Shown here: piece after piece, positions 1-8,720 of the stretch
How positions within the stretch are numbered: position 1 is the stretch's first letter
How the letters are laid out: the number at the start of each line of letters is the position of its first letter
Origin: Terriglobia bacterium
Lineage (GTDB): Bacteria > Acidobacteriota > Terriglobia > Bryobacterales > Bryobacteraceae
Reading direction: 5' to 3'
Assembly: GCA_963838205.1 (NCBI GenBank)
Contig: CAWIQF010000024.1
Coordinates: 20,637-84,636, forward strand
DNA length: 64,000 nt
Program-made: the position numbers and the translations under genes
Notes under the pieces: model-generated
Databases searched by the model: none
Told to the model about the DNA's origin: nothing
Seen by the model: the letters and a program-made list of their open reading frames with translations, nothing else

Positions 1-75
1 AGAGCTTACAATCGGGATGAGATCAGAGCGCCGAATGGGATTGGCGGCGTGGTCTGATCATCACAGGAGGGAACC

Positions 76-1560
76 GTGCGAACGTTCGTAGCCGGTTCAC
101 AGCGACGCGGCTCGCCGCCGGCGGCCGCTCAGTCTTCCCCAGCCGTGGAACCCCGTCCAGCGCCCTTTCCGCCAACAGCCGGTTGCGCCCGCAGGATCAT
201 TGCGCCCGGCCCGGGGGCGCTGGCGATCATCGCCTGTCTCGCCGCCGCGCTCTGGGCTCAGCCAGTCTGGGCGCAGCAGATCGCCGACCTCGGCAGCGAC
301 GTCCCCTTCGCGATCAATGCCAGCGGAGAGGCCGTCGGCGTGACGGGAGCGATGCAGGGTTGCAGCGGCCTCGGGTATCCCTTTCTCTACTCCGGCGGCG
401 TTGTGACCGAATTGAGCACGCTCAGCGTCGGTACGGCCACCGCAATCAACGATAGCGGACAGATCGTGGGCCAGACGTTTATCGCACCCTTCCTGTATTC
501 GGGCGGCGTCATGAACGACCTGCGCCCGGCCGGCGTCGGACTGGCCGTGGCCATCAACAACAGCGGGCAGATCGTTGGCGCGTCGTCCACAAACGGGCCG
601 ATCCTCGACGCGTCGCCGGGCAGCGTGCAGCATGCCGTTGTTTATTCCGGCGGCGTCTTGACCGACCTGGGTACGCTCGGCGGCAGCCTCAGCGTTGCCA
701 CTGCAATCAACGCCAGCGGCCAGGTCGCCGGGTATTCGATGCGAGCGGACGGCACGGAGCATGCCTTTCTGTATTCCAACGGCGTCATGAGGGACCTGGG
801 GACGCTCGGCGGCGCCATCAGCCACGCCAACGCCATCAACGCCGGCGGAGAGATCGTCGGCTTCGCGGACACGGCGGACGGCTCCTGGCATGCCTTTCTG
901 TACTCCGGCGGCTTCATGCTCGACCTGGGAACCCTTGGCGGACCGCATAGCGAGGCCTCGGGGATCAACACGAGCGGGCAGGTGGTCGGGTACTCGCTAC
1001 TGGCCGGTGGCGCCAATAGCGCTTTCATTTACTCGAACGGCGTCATGACGGCGCTGAATTCGCTGCTGCCTCCCGGCTCGGAGTGGGGATATATGGCCCC
1101 GCCTTTCGGTCAGGCGGGGCTGGAGCAGGCGAATGCCATCAACGACAACGGCGAGATCGCCGGGTGCGCGTACGTCAGCGGCGCGATGCATGGGTTCCTG
1201 CTCACGCTGACACCGAACCTGACTGGCCTGCGCCCAAGCTCGGTGGCGCCGGGCGGGGCTCCTTTCACGCTGACGCTCACCGGCACGAGCTTCATTCCGG
1301 GGGCGACGGTGAATTGGAACCTCGAATTTTTCAGCATGGCGCTGGCGACAACCTATGTCAGCGCGACACAGTTGACCGCCATCGTTCCGGCGAGGCTGAT
1401 CACAACGGATGGTACGGCGATTGTGACTGTGACGACGTCGCAAGGCGTCTCGCCGGGAGCGGCGCTCGCCATCCACCCGCCGCGCCGTTCGCCCGGGATG
1501 CCGCAACGGCCGAAGCCGCCTGAACATCCGCCCGCTGCTCTGAAATGGGACCCGCTATAA
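76..1560 (+). CDS. secreted HAF-family repeat protein with C-terminal IPT/TIG-like beta domain
   Basis: AGGAGG lies 6 nt upstream of GTG 76. Hydrophobic signal-like segment ALAIIACLAAALWAQPVWA. Six to seven ~45-aa repeats ending (H/S)AFLYSGGxMxDLGTLGG, typical of the HAF extracellular repeat. The last ~90 aa (LTGLRPSSVAPGGAPFTLTLTGTSF...) look IPT/TIG-like. Confidence 0.7.
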   Translation: MRTFVAGSQRRGSPPAAAQSSPAVEPRPAPFPPTAGCARRIIAPGPGALAIIACLAAALWAQPVWAQQIADLGSDVPFAINASGEAVGVTGAMQGCSGLGYPFLYSGGVVTELSTLSVGTATAINDSGQIVGQTFIAPFLYSGGVMNDLRPAGVGLAVAINNSGQIVGASSTNGPILDASPGSVQHAVVYSGGVLTDLGTLGGSLSVATAINASGQVAGYSMRADGTEHAFLYSNGVMRDLGTLGGAISHANAINAGGEIVGFADTADGSWHAFLYSGGFMLDLGTLGGPHSEASGINTSGQVVGYSLLAGGANSAFIYSNGVMTALNSLLPPGSEWGYMAPPFGQAGLEQANAINDNGEIAGCAYVSGAMHGFLLTLTPNLTGLRPSSVAPGGAPFTLTLTGTSFIPGATVNWNLEFFSMALATTYVSATQLTAIVPARLITTDGTAIVTVTTSQGVSPGAALAIHPPRRSPGMPQRPKPPEHPPAALKWDPL

Positions 1561-1814
1561 GCAGGTTGGCGGACGGGCGCTGTGCGTGAGACGGGCCACG
1601 CTGCCTCGCCGCAGACCCATGGCATTGTGCGAATCCCAGATGGCTCAAGCAGAGCCGCTTTTGAACCAAGAACCAGAAAACGGAAAACGGGACGTCCTGA
1701 CATGTCCCAGTGGCAATTGAGTTGAGCAACGCTCGGCCGTACAGGTGCTAATTGTGCAGGAAGCCCCGTTTTCTCGGGCGGTGCTTTGCCAGTAGCCGTA
1801 GGAGCGGATGGTCG

Positions 1815-2261
1815 CTATTTGAGCGGTGTCGGGGGACGGCGGTAGATGGTCTGGAACTCGCCGCTGTCGGTGGAGATGGTGGTCGTGGAAGAAGAGCCAG
1901 GCAGGCCGGATCCGGTGTGGATGGGCACCGACGGCCCTTGCGGACCGCTTGAGGACGGCGCGGCGGCATCGTCCACTTTGGTCTGCGTGTTCGTCTTCGG
2001 GCCACCTTTCTTAAGCGGGCGGTAGTCGATGCGATCGATGCGGTCGCGGGGAATCGCGACCTGCTCGTTCTTCACGATGACGAGCAGGCTGTCAGCGGTC
2101 GTATCGTTGAACCGGGCCTGGCGCGGGTGGGAGGAGCCGCGCTCGTAGATCTTGAGCTCCGTACCGGTTCTCAAATCGCCCAGCTTCTTCCACGCGTCGT
2201 CGGCGGCGAGCGCGGCGAAGGCGGCGCACAATGCGAGCAAGAGAAAAATGATGGTACGCAT
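1815..2261 (-). CDS. hypothetical small secreted protein
   Basis: Clear signal peptide MRTIIFLLLALCAAFAALAA; GC3-rich codons; Ser/Thr/Pro-rich tail. No family recognised. Confidence 0.5.
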   Translation of the reverse strand: MRTIIFLLLALCAAFAALAADDAWKKLGDLRTGTELKIYERGSSHPRQARFNDTTADSLLVIVKNEQVAIPRDRIDRIDYRPLKKGGPKTNTQTKVDDAAAPSSSGPQGPSVPIHTGSGLPGSSSTTTISTDSGEFQTIYRRPPTPLK

Positions 2262-2308
2262 GGACTCTCCAGTGTGCCGATCTTAGCAAATGCGGGTGGG
2301 CGGACGCG

Positions 2309-2878
2309 TCAGGCGGCGCCGAAGACGGCCGCGACTTCGGCGCGGAATTGCGCGGCCAGGGTGGAGCCGGGCGGCTGGGTGAGGCGGGCGTCGAAGATGC
2401 GCTGGAGCGACTGGTAGTACCACATCTGTTTTTCGCGGGGCCGCTTGAACCTCTGCCAGGCCTTATCGCCGATGCGCGCGAGATCGTGGCGCAGGGAGCG
2501 GATATTATCGAGCTTGTCGGCGATGCTGAGGCACAGCGCGTCGGGGTCGCCGGCTTCGAGCAGGTGCAGGGTGTGCTGTTTGCGCTTTTCCCAGGGCCAG
2601 AGTTTGGCGGGTTCGGTGGCGAACTCGACCAGCCGGGCGACGTTGTCGCCGAAGATAGTGCGGATCTCGTCGATGGTGGCGTCGGTGTCTTCGACGGTGT
2701 CGTGCAGCAGGCCGGCGATGGCTAGTTCGTTGGCGCAATCGTAGTCAATGAGGATCTTGGCGACGCGCAGCGGGTGGATCAGGTAGGGAATGCGCGTGCC
2801 TTTGCGGAACTGCCCGTCGTGCGCCTCGGCGGCGAAGCGCAGGGCGGCGGAAATGGCCGCTTTGCCGTCGCTATTCAT
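2309..2878 (-). CDS. HD-domain (p)ppGpp hydrolase-like protein (small alarmone hydrolase type)
   Basis: H...HPLRVA...GLLHDTVEDT motif string characteristic of the RelA/SpoT HD hydrolase domain. Stand-alone 189 aa. Confidence 0.75.
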   Translation of the reverse strand: MNSDGKAAISAALRFAAEAHDGQFRKGTRIPYLIHPLRVAKILIDYDCANELAIAGLLHDTVEDTDATIDEIRTIFGDNVARLVEFATEPAKLWPWEKRKQHTLHLLEAGDPDALCLSIADKLDNIRSLRHDLARIGDKAWQRFKRPREKQMWYYQSLQRIFDARLTQPPGSTLAAQFRAEVAAVFGAA

Positions 2879-2959
2879 GGTCCGAAGAAGAGATCCCTGG
2901 AGGAACCAGTATACGACCGGAAGGGCCGGCGGAGAAGATTCAGAAGCTAGAGGCGGGCG

Positions 2960-3751
2960 CTACTTCAGGAACCAGACCAGTTGCAGCAACCCATAGACGA
3001 CGGGGATGGAGAAGAGCGAGGAGTCGACGCGGTCCAGCCAGCCGCCATGGCCGGGCAGAAGGTTGGAAGAGTCTTTGACGCCCGCGCCGCGTTTGATAGC
3101 CGATTCGCAAAGATCGCCGATCTGGCCGGCGGCGTTGGCGGCGGCGCACAGAAGCACGGCCTGCCAGGCGGGGATCTGTGGGAACAGGAAGTGCAGATAG
3201 GCGACGCCGGCGACGCACGAGGCGCCGAGCGAGCCGGCGGTTCCTTCCCAGGTTTTGCCGGGGCTGATGTGGGGCGAGAGTTTGTGACGGCCGAAGTTGC
3301 TGCCGACGTAGTAGGCCACCGAATCGCCGATCCAATTGACGCCCGCGGCAAACAGCAGCCACCACGGGCTGATGGCGCGCAGTTCGAGCGCGCAGCGCCA
3401 ACTGCCGAAGACGTAGAGCAAGCCGAAGACGGAGCAGGCGCTCAGGGGCAGCACTGCGTCGAGCCGTTCGTGGCGCAGCGACAGAGCGAATGCGAGCAGC
3501 GCAAAAAGCACCACGAAGACGCCGATTTGCGGCAGCGGCAAGAGCAGCAGGACCACGCCCGCGACATAGCCGGTGAAGGTCTTGGCGAGATTGTCATGCT
3601 GCGGGAAGGTGGCCGCGACGATGCCCAGGAACTCGTAGTAGCACAGCAGCGCCACGCCGATGAGGACTATCAGGAAGACTTGTTGGGGAGCGAAACAGAC
3701 AAGCCAGAAAAAAAAGACGCCGAGGATCAGGCCGGTGACGAGGCGCTTCAT
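2960..3751 (-). CDS. cdsA: phosphatidate cytidylyltransferase
   Basis: Multi-TM protein ending ...SAIKRGAGVKDSSNLLPGHGGWLDRVDS (CdsA signature). Start moved to MKRLVTGL (ATG 3751), which overlaps the uppS stop by 4 nt (ATGA). The ORF-track N-terminal 38 aa are Arg/Pro-rich and unlikely to be coding. Confidence 0.85.
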   Translation of the reverse strand: MKRLVTGLILGVFFFWLVCFAPQQVFLIVLIGVALLCYYEFLGIVAATFPQHDNLAKTFTGYVAGVVLLLLPLPQIGVFVVLFALLAFALSLRHERLDAVLPLSACSVFGLLYVFGSWRCALELRAISPWWLLFAAGVNWIGDSVAYYVGSNFGRHKLSPHISPGKTWEGTAGSLGASCVAGVAYLHFLFPQIPAWQAVLLCAAANAAGQIGDLCESAIKRGAGVKDSSNLLPGHGGWLDRVDSSLFSIPVVYGLLQLVWFLK

Positions 3752-4575
3752 CGGGTGGGGACGGGGACGCTTTCGACATCGCTCTCGGTCACCGCGAGGG
3801 CGGGACGGAGGCCGCCGAAGCGGCGGTCGCGCTTCTGGTAAGCCACGATGGCTTCCAGCAGGCACGAGCGGTCGAAATCGGGCCAGCAGATGTCAGTGAC
3901 GTAGAGCTCGGAATAGGCGATTTGCCAAAGCAGGAAGTTGCTGATACGCATCTCGCCGGAGGTGCGGATGAGCAGGTCGGGCTCGGGCTGGCCGGCGGTG
4001 TCGAGCTTGAGCTCGATGGCTTTCTCATTGACCTCGAGGCGGTCCAGCGTGCCGTTGTCGCGGGCTTCACGGATGAGGCGGTTGACGGCATCCACGATTT
4101 CGGATCGTCCGCCGTAATTGATCGCGAGATTGAGGATCATGCCGGTGTTCTCGCTGGTGAGGTGGATGGCTTCGGCCAGTTCGCGGCGGACTTTTTCCGG
4201 CAAGGCTTGAGTGCGGCCGATGGCGCGCATCTGGATATTGTTGGCCATCAGCCGAGGCACTTCGCGGCCGAGGTAATAGTGGAGCAGACGCCACAGGGTT
4301 TCGACTTCGGCGCGGGGGCGTTTCCAGTTCTCTTTGGAAAAAGCGTATAGGGTGAGGCAGCGAACGCCCAGGCGAGCACAGGTTTCCACGGTCACGCGAA
4401 CGGGTTCGACGCCGGCTTTGTGCCCGGCGACGCGCGGCAGGCTGCGGCGGCTGGCCCAGCGGCCGTTGCCATCCATAATGACGGCGACGTGCTCGGGCAG
4501 ACGCTCGGGGACGAGCGTGCTGGCGAGTTCCCACTCCCGGGTGCCGGGCTCCAGGATCTCCAACAGAGCCTTCAT
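3748..4575 (-). CDS. uppS: isoprenyl transferase / undecaprenyl diphosphate synthase
   Basis: HVAVIMDGNGRWA, FSxENWxRP and ...RTSGEMRISNFLLWQIAYSELY motifs of cis-prenyltransferases. uppS-cdsA gene order is conserved. Confidence 0.9.
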   Translation of the reverse strand: MKALLEILEPGTREWELASTLVPERLPEHVAVIMDGNGRWASRRSLPRVAGHKAGVEPVRVTVETCARLGVRCLTLYAFSKENWKRPRAEVETLWRLLHYYLGREVPRLMANNIQMRAIGRTQALPEKVRRELAEAIHLTSENTGMILNLAINYGGRSEIVDAVNRLIREARDNGTLDRLEVNEKAIELKLDTAGQPEPDLLIRTSGEMRISNFLLWQIAYSELYVTDICWPDFDRSCLLEAIVAYQKRDRRFGGLRPALAVTESDVESVPVPTR

Positions 4576-4640
4576 GTGGCGGTAACTTCATCCCATATTA
4601 CCCCATAGTGCGCGAGGCGTTCGCCGCGGAGATGGCAGGC

Positions 4641-4835
4641 GCGTGAGAAGAATCGGCGATGGACGGGGACAGGTGCGCGAGGGGTATAAAGTTTTCGGCG
4701 CGCCCGCCGATTGTAGCGTGTGAGTCGATCGAGACACAGACGGGAGGTGCGTGGGAAGGATCGGCGCTGAACGCGGATAGGGGATGCGAGCGGTATAGAG
4801 ATTCCGGCGCAATGGCCGAATGTCATGAAAGGACG
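4641..4835. repeat. two degenerate tandem copies of a ~108-nt unit
   Basis: Unit 1 (from 4641) is GCGTGAGAAGAATCGGCGATGGACGGGGACAGGTGCGCGAGGGGTATAAAGTTTTCGGCGC. Unit 2 (from 4749) is GCGTGGGAAGGATCGGCGCTGAACGCGGATAGGGGATGCGAGCGGTATAGAGATTCCGGCGC. By eye they align at roughly 70% identity over ~85 nt. Confidence 0.6.
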
Positions 4836-5085
4836 TTAGCGAAAAAGGCGACAAAAACCCTTGATTTTGTCGTCACGAAAATGCAATTAGAAAGTAGCGC
4901 GTTTGCAACACTAGGTCACAACGGGGAACGGTGGTGACAGCGGAACGGGTATGAAGCCCTCGGCGCAGCAGCCGAAAACTCGCAAGGGGGGTTAGCGAAA
5001 AGGCCACACAATCCCCGGATCTGTGGTGAGCGAAGTGCTGTGGATGCAGCCGGTTTGAAGCACTTGAGCGGCACGGAGGCCGGCC

Positions 5086-5688
5086 ATGCTGATCCAATCG
5101 ATGGCGCTGATTACTCTGACGTGGAGCGCCGTCTCAGCCGCGGATTCGGCCACGATCGGTCTGGTATTCCGCCAGGGATCGCCGGTTCCGGCCGCTGTTC
5201 GCACGTCCTTTGAACAGCAAACGGAGCGTGGACTGCGGCAGATTGTGAGCGAGCCCGGCCTGGAAGTGACATGGCGGGCGGAGGGCGAAACGGCGCGCGG
5301 CGAATCCTGGGCGCGCCTGATCGTGGTGCGATTTCGAGGCGATTGCTCGCTTTCGATGACCAAGGCGATGCCGCGGCGCGGCCCACTGGGCGCGACGTGG
5401 GTGAGCGATGGGCGGATTCTGCCGTTCATCGACATTGACTGCGGGCGGGTCAAGGCGACGCTGGCGGGCAGCGGGCCGTGGCCGCAGGCGTTGATCCCGC
5501 CAGGAGTGCTGGCGCGGGCGCTGAGCCACGTGGCGCTGCACGAGATGTACCACGTGCTGACGGAACGGGCGGCCCATGACCGCGACGGGCTGTTCAAGGC
5601 GGCGTATTCGGCGGAGGACTTGCTGGCCCCGGCGGTGTTCAAGGGGCAGCGGCGAGCGGCGCTGACGGGATTCGGCCCGGCGCGCTGA
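5086..5688 (+). CDS. hypothetical exported protein with HExxH motif
   Basis: GGAGG lies 7 nt upstream of the ATG. N-terminal hydrophobic segment. ALHEMYHVL contains a zincin-like HExxH. The overlapping minus-strand ORF 4992..5867 is Arg/Pro/Ser-rich antisense-type sequence. Confidence 0.5.
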   Translation: MLIQSMALITLTWSAVSAADSATIGLVFRQGSPVPAAVRTSFEQQTERGLRQIVSEPGLEVTWRAEGETARGESWARLIVVRFRGDCSLSMTKAMPRRGPLGATWVSDGRILPFIDIDCGRVKATLAGSGPWPQALIPPGVLARALSHVALHEMYHVLTERAAHDRDGLFKAAYSAEDLLAPAVFKGQRRAALTGFGPAR

Positions 5689-5734
5689 GAAATACGCCGG
5701 CTGCAGCAGTTGTTGCATTTTCCGGGCGGCGAGG

Positions 5735-6559
5735 TTAGAAACCGGTTTCGGTTGCGGGACCGGGTGGATTGACCGCGGACTTTCGGACGAGGTCGCGGAC
5801 CAGGCTCCACGGTACAGTCATCTCGAGGCGCGGGGAGCCGGGATCGGCTAGCGCGTCGCCACTCCAAAGCAGCACGAGACCGGATTGGGTCAGAGCGAAT
5901 TGCTGAGGCATGGCGAAGCTGCCGTCCTTGAGAGGCAGGGGAGACGATTCCGAGAGGCTCAGCGTCTCGCGCAGACGGCGTTCGGCGAGAGAGGATAGGC
6001 GTGGCGCGGCATCCTTCTCAAGCAGCGAATCGAGGGTCACGGCAGAGCCGGTGCGGGGATCGAGGTTGAGGTAGGCGCGCTGGTCGAAGGGCAGTTCTTT
6101 GCCGGTCTGTCCGAGGCGGTCGACGCGGAAACTCCAGACCTCCGGGCGGCGCGCCAGGAGTTGAATCGAGCGGCGCTCGAACCAGGTCGAGTCGGCGTAA
6201 ATGACTCCCTTGTGCTCCACGCGCCAGCGTTCGATCAAGCCGGCGGCGTAGGGCTCCAGCTCCGCGGCGCCACCGGGAAAGCCGAGCGCGGTCAGCAGGG
6301 CGGAATTGAACTTCGAGGCGGCATCGCCGCCACCGCCGTGCAGTTCCGGCCAATTGGCTCGGAAGCTGACGCAGGCCTCGTCGCGGTGGCCGTGGTCTCC
6401 GCAGCCGGGCTCCGATTTTTCAAAGGTCCGCTGTTCGAAGGTGAGCGGCGGGGGTGCGGGCGCGGTTGGCTCGGTGCGCGAGCCGCAGGCTGCAGCAAGG
6501 AGGAAAAAAAGGACGCAGAGGCAGAGCGCTAGTGTGGACGCGAGCTGCGTCATTCGCAT
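5735..6559 (-). CDS. hypothetical lipoprotein
   Basis: Start placed at MRMTQLASTLALCLCVLFFLLAAACGS (lipobox LAAAC). The remainder has ordinary globular composition. Family not recognised with certainty (possibly DUF3298-like). Confidence 0.55.
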   Translation of the reverse strand: MRMTQLASTLALCLCVLFFLLAAACGSRTEPTAPAPPPLTFEQRTFEKSEPGCGDHGHRDEACVSFRANWPELHGGGGDAASKFNSALLTALGFPGGAAELEPYAAGLIERWRVEHKGVIYADSTWFERRSIQLLARRPEVWSFRVDRLGQTGKELPFDQRAYLNLDPRTGSAVTLDSLLEKDAAPRLSSLAERRLRETLSLSESSPLPLKDGSFAMPQQFALTQSGLVLLWSGDALADPGSPRLEMTVPWSLVRDLVRKSAVNPPGPATETGF

Positions 6560-6806
6560 GCGCCAGCACTGTCTGTGGCGGGTATAAACCAACATTGTGG
6601 AGATTCCGACTCGTGAACCAGCCACGCGCTCAAGCGGGAGGCCGCAGCGCGGGGAGGCTCTCTATCAAAGTACCGTAAGCGGCTCGCGGCTCTCACAGCA
6701 GGGAAGCTCGGGGGCTGTCCATATCGAGGTCGAGGCAGCAGGCGCGAGTTGAAAAAGGGGAGAAGAGGGTGCGGCGCGAAGTGCGGGAGCACCCTCCGAA
6801 TCGGCG

Positions 6807-7388
6807 TCAGGCGGCCTTGCGAGCGACTTCGATGTCGATAGTGATGGTGACGTCATTGCCGACGACCACGCCGCCGCCGTCCAGGTTGTGGTTCCAAACC
6901 ATGCCGAAATCCTGGCGATTGATGACCGTCGTAGCGGTGGCGCCGATGCGCAGCATGCCGCGGGGGTCTTTGATTTCCTTAGTGATGTCGGAGACGTGCA
7001 GGACCACCGATTTGGTGACGCCGTGCAGCGTCAGGTCGCCGCTCAAGTCGATGCCCTGGCTGGTCTTGCTGGCGCTCTTGCTGACGAAGGTCATGGTGGG
7101 GAACTTCGCGAGGTCGAAGAAGTCCGGGCTCTTGAGGTGGGTATCGCGGCCGGGCTCACCGGTGTCGACGGTGGAGACGTCGATGCTGGCCTGGACCACG
7201 GTGGCGGACGGGTTGGCTTCGTCGAATACCACCTTGCCGGTCACCTTCTTAAAGCTGCCTCGGACGTTGCTGACCATCAGGTGGCGGACGGAGAACTGGG
7301 CCGCCGAATGCGCGGAATCGATGTCGTAATCAGCCGCCAACGCCGGCAATGCCAGCGCGGACAAGAGCAGCGCGTATGTGCGAATCAT
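6807..7388 (-). CDS. YceI family polyisoprenoid-binding periplasmic protein
   Basis: Signal peptide followed by YDIDSAHSAAQFSVRHLMVSNVRGSF and ...LTLHGVTK... blocks typical of YceI. Confidence 0.85.
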   Translation of the reverse strand: MIRTYALLLSALALPALAADYDIDSAHSAAQFSVRHLMVSNVRGSFKKVTGKVVFDEANPSATVVQASIDVSTVDTGEPGRDTHLKSPDFFDLAKFPTMTFVSKSASKTSQGIDLSGDLTLHGVTKSVVLHVSDITKEIKDPRGMLRIGATATTVINRQDFGMVWNHNLDGGGVVVGNDVTITIDIEVARKAA

Positions 7389-7420
7389 GCTTGTTGGATC
7401 CTTTCAAACTGAGATGGTTA

Positions 7421-7924
7421 TCAGGCCTGGCCGGACGCTTCAATGCGCGCGGCCCGCTCGCGGATCCGTTCCAGGACTTCGATAAAAGCCTGCACTTCCG
7501 CGGGCTGAATCTGTTCAAAACAACGATCGCTGAGGCTCGACACGATGGGCTCTAGCAGTTCCACCAGGCCGTTGCCTTTGGGCGTGGCGTAGCACAGGAC
7601 CTGCCGCCGATCTTCGGGGCAGCGCCGGCGCAGGACCAGGCCTTTGAGTTCCATGCGGTCGAGGAGCCGGGTCATTCCCGGAGTGCACTCGATCAGACGG
7701 CCGGCGATGGCCAGGGTCGGAATTCCATCCGGGCCGGCGCCGCGCAGAATCCGCAGGACGTTGTACTGCTGGTGGCTGAGGTCGTGGCCAGCCATGTGCC
7801 GGTCGAGCACCCGGGTTAACAGATCGGCCGTCTTCAAGACGGAAATGAAGGCCTCTTCCACAGGGGAGGCGAATGGCCGGGACTGTTTCAGTTCGGCTTG
7901 CAGACGACTTTCACTTCTGCTCAC
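7421..7924 (-). CDS. MarR family transcriptional regulator
   Basis: Winged-helix core LSHQQYNVLRILRGAGPDGIPTLAIAGRLIECTPGMTRLLDRMELKGLVLRRR. GTG start. Lies immediately upstream of yceI on the same strand. Confidence 0.85.
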   Translation of the reverse strand: MSRSESRLQAELKQSRPFASPVEEAFISVLKTADLLTRVLDRHMAGHDLSHQQYNVLRILRGAGPDGIPTLAIAGRLIECTPGMTRLLDRMELKGLVLRRRCPEDRRQVLCYATPKGNGLVELLEPIVSSLSDRCFEQIQPAEVQAFIEVLERIRERAARIEASGQA

Positions 7925-7930
7925 GGTTAC

Positions 7931-7959
7931 AGTTTACGATGTTTTAGATTACACGTCAA
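7931..7959 (-). promoter_or_regulatory. candidate sigma70-type promoter TTGACG-N17-TAAACT for the marR-yceI unit
   Basis: The minus strand reads TTGACG tgtaatctaaaacatcg TAAACT gtaacc GTG. The -10 hexamer ends 6 nt before the GTG start. An imperfect palindrome GTCAACTAATTGTTAGAC overlaps the -35. Confidence 0.4.
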
Positions 7960-8150
7960 CTAATTGTTAGACATTTAAGGATTCGGCGTGTAGTTTGAGA
8001 CAGTCAAGCCTTTTATTCGCGTGGGATCGAGTCCAGGGGTGGTCGGTGGAAGGATTTTGGATTTAATTCGCGAGTAATGCGAATGAATTCCGGCGTAATG
8101 CGGCAGGAATTTCCGAATGATTCGGAAAGAACTCGCGGGTAATTACGATC

Positions 8151-8720
8151 TCAGGAACGATCCGTTTCAAGATGCTCTTTGGGGAGTTCGCGGATCCCCT
8201 TTTTCCAGAGATTGCGAAGGCGGTCGTAGGTTTCGGCAAAGCCGTCGCGCAACTCGCGCGGAGCGATGTAACTGATGGCCTGCGCGGCGCCGATGAGGTA
8301 GGGCGCGATGCGCGAGCGGGCGATGGCATCCGGTATGGGCTTCATTGGAAAAGCCATCAAAATCAGGACCAGGATGATGCCGACGACGAGGGCTTTCAAG
8401 GAGCCGAAAGCGAAGCCCAGGAAACGGTCGAGCCAGCCCAGGCCGGTCCATTTGAAGAGCTTCTGCAGCAGTTTCCCGATCACCGCGCCGAGGACCTGGA
8501 TGACGACGAAGACGAACACGAAGCCCAGCACGTTGGCCACCGAGCGGGAGCTGACGTAGGGCAGCAGATAGGAGGCCGCGACCCCGTAGGTCCAGGCGGC
8601 GACGAACAGGCCGGCGATGGTCGCGATCAGTCCGACGATCAGGCGCGAGAAGCCCTCGCGCAGGCCTTCGATCGAGAAGATCACGACGAAAAAGAGAAAC
8701 AGATAGTCGAGCCAGTTCAC
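8151..8720 (-). CDS. cvpA: CvpA family membrane protein
   Basis: [27 protein letters not shown]-terminus and four TM segments typical of CvpA. The start overlaps the purC stop by 4 nt. Confidence 0.8.
   Translation of the reverse strand: MNWLDYLFLFFVVIFSIEGLREGFSRLIVGLIATIAGLFVAAWTYGVAASYLLPYVSSRSVANVLGFVFVFVVIQVLGAVIGKLLQKLFKWTGLGWLDRFLGFAFGSLKALVVGIILVLILMAFPMKPIPDAIARSRIAPYLIGAAQAISYIAPRELRDGFAETYDRLRNLWKKGIRELPKEHLETDRS

Noticed and set aside
4900-4990. Possible cobalamin or other riboswitch (AACGGGGAACGGTGGTGACAGCGGAACGGG).
   Set aside because: It has only a vague resemblance to GGTG/GGGAA words. There is no B12 box or other diagnostic conserved core that I could identify, and no suitable downstream gene.
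4992-5867. 291-aa minus-strand ORF overlapping 5086..5688.
   Set aside because: It is Arg/Pro/Ser-rich antisense-type sequence. The plus-strand ORF has an RBS, a signal-like N-terminus and balanced composition.
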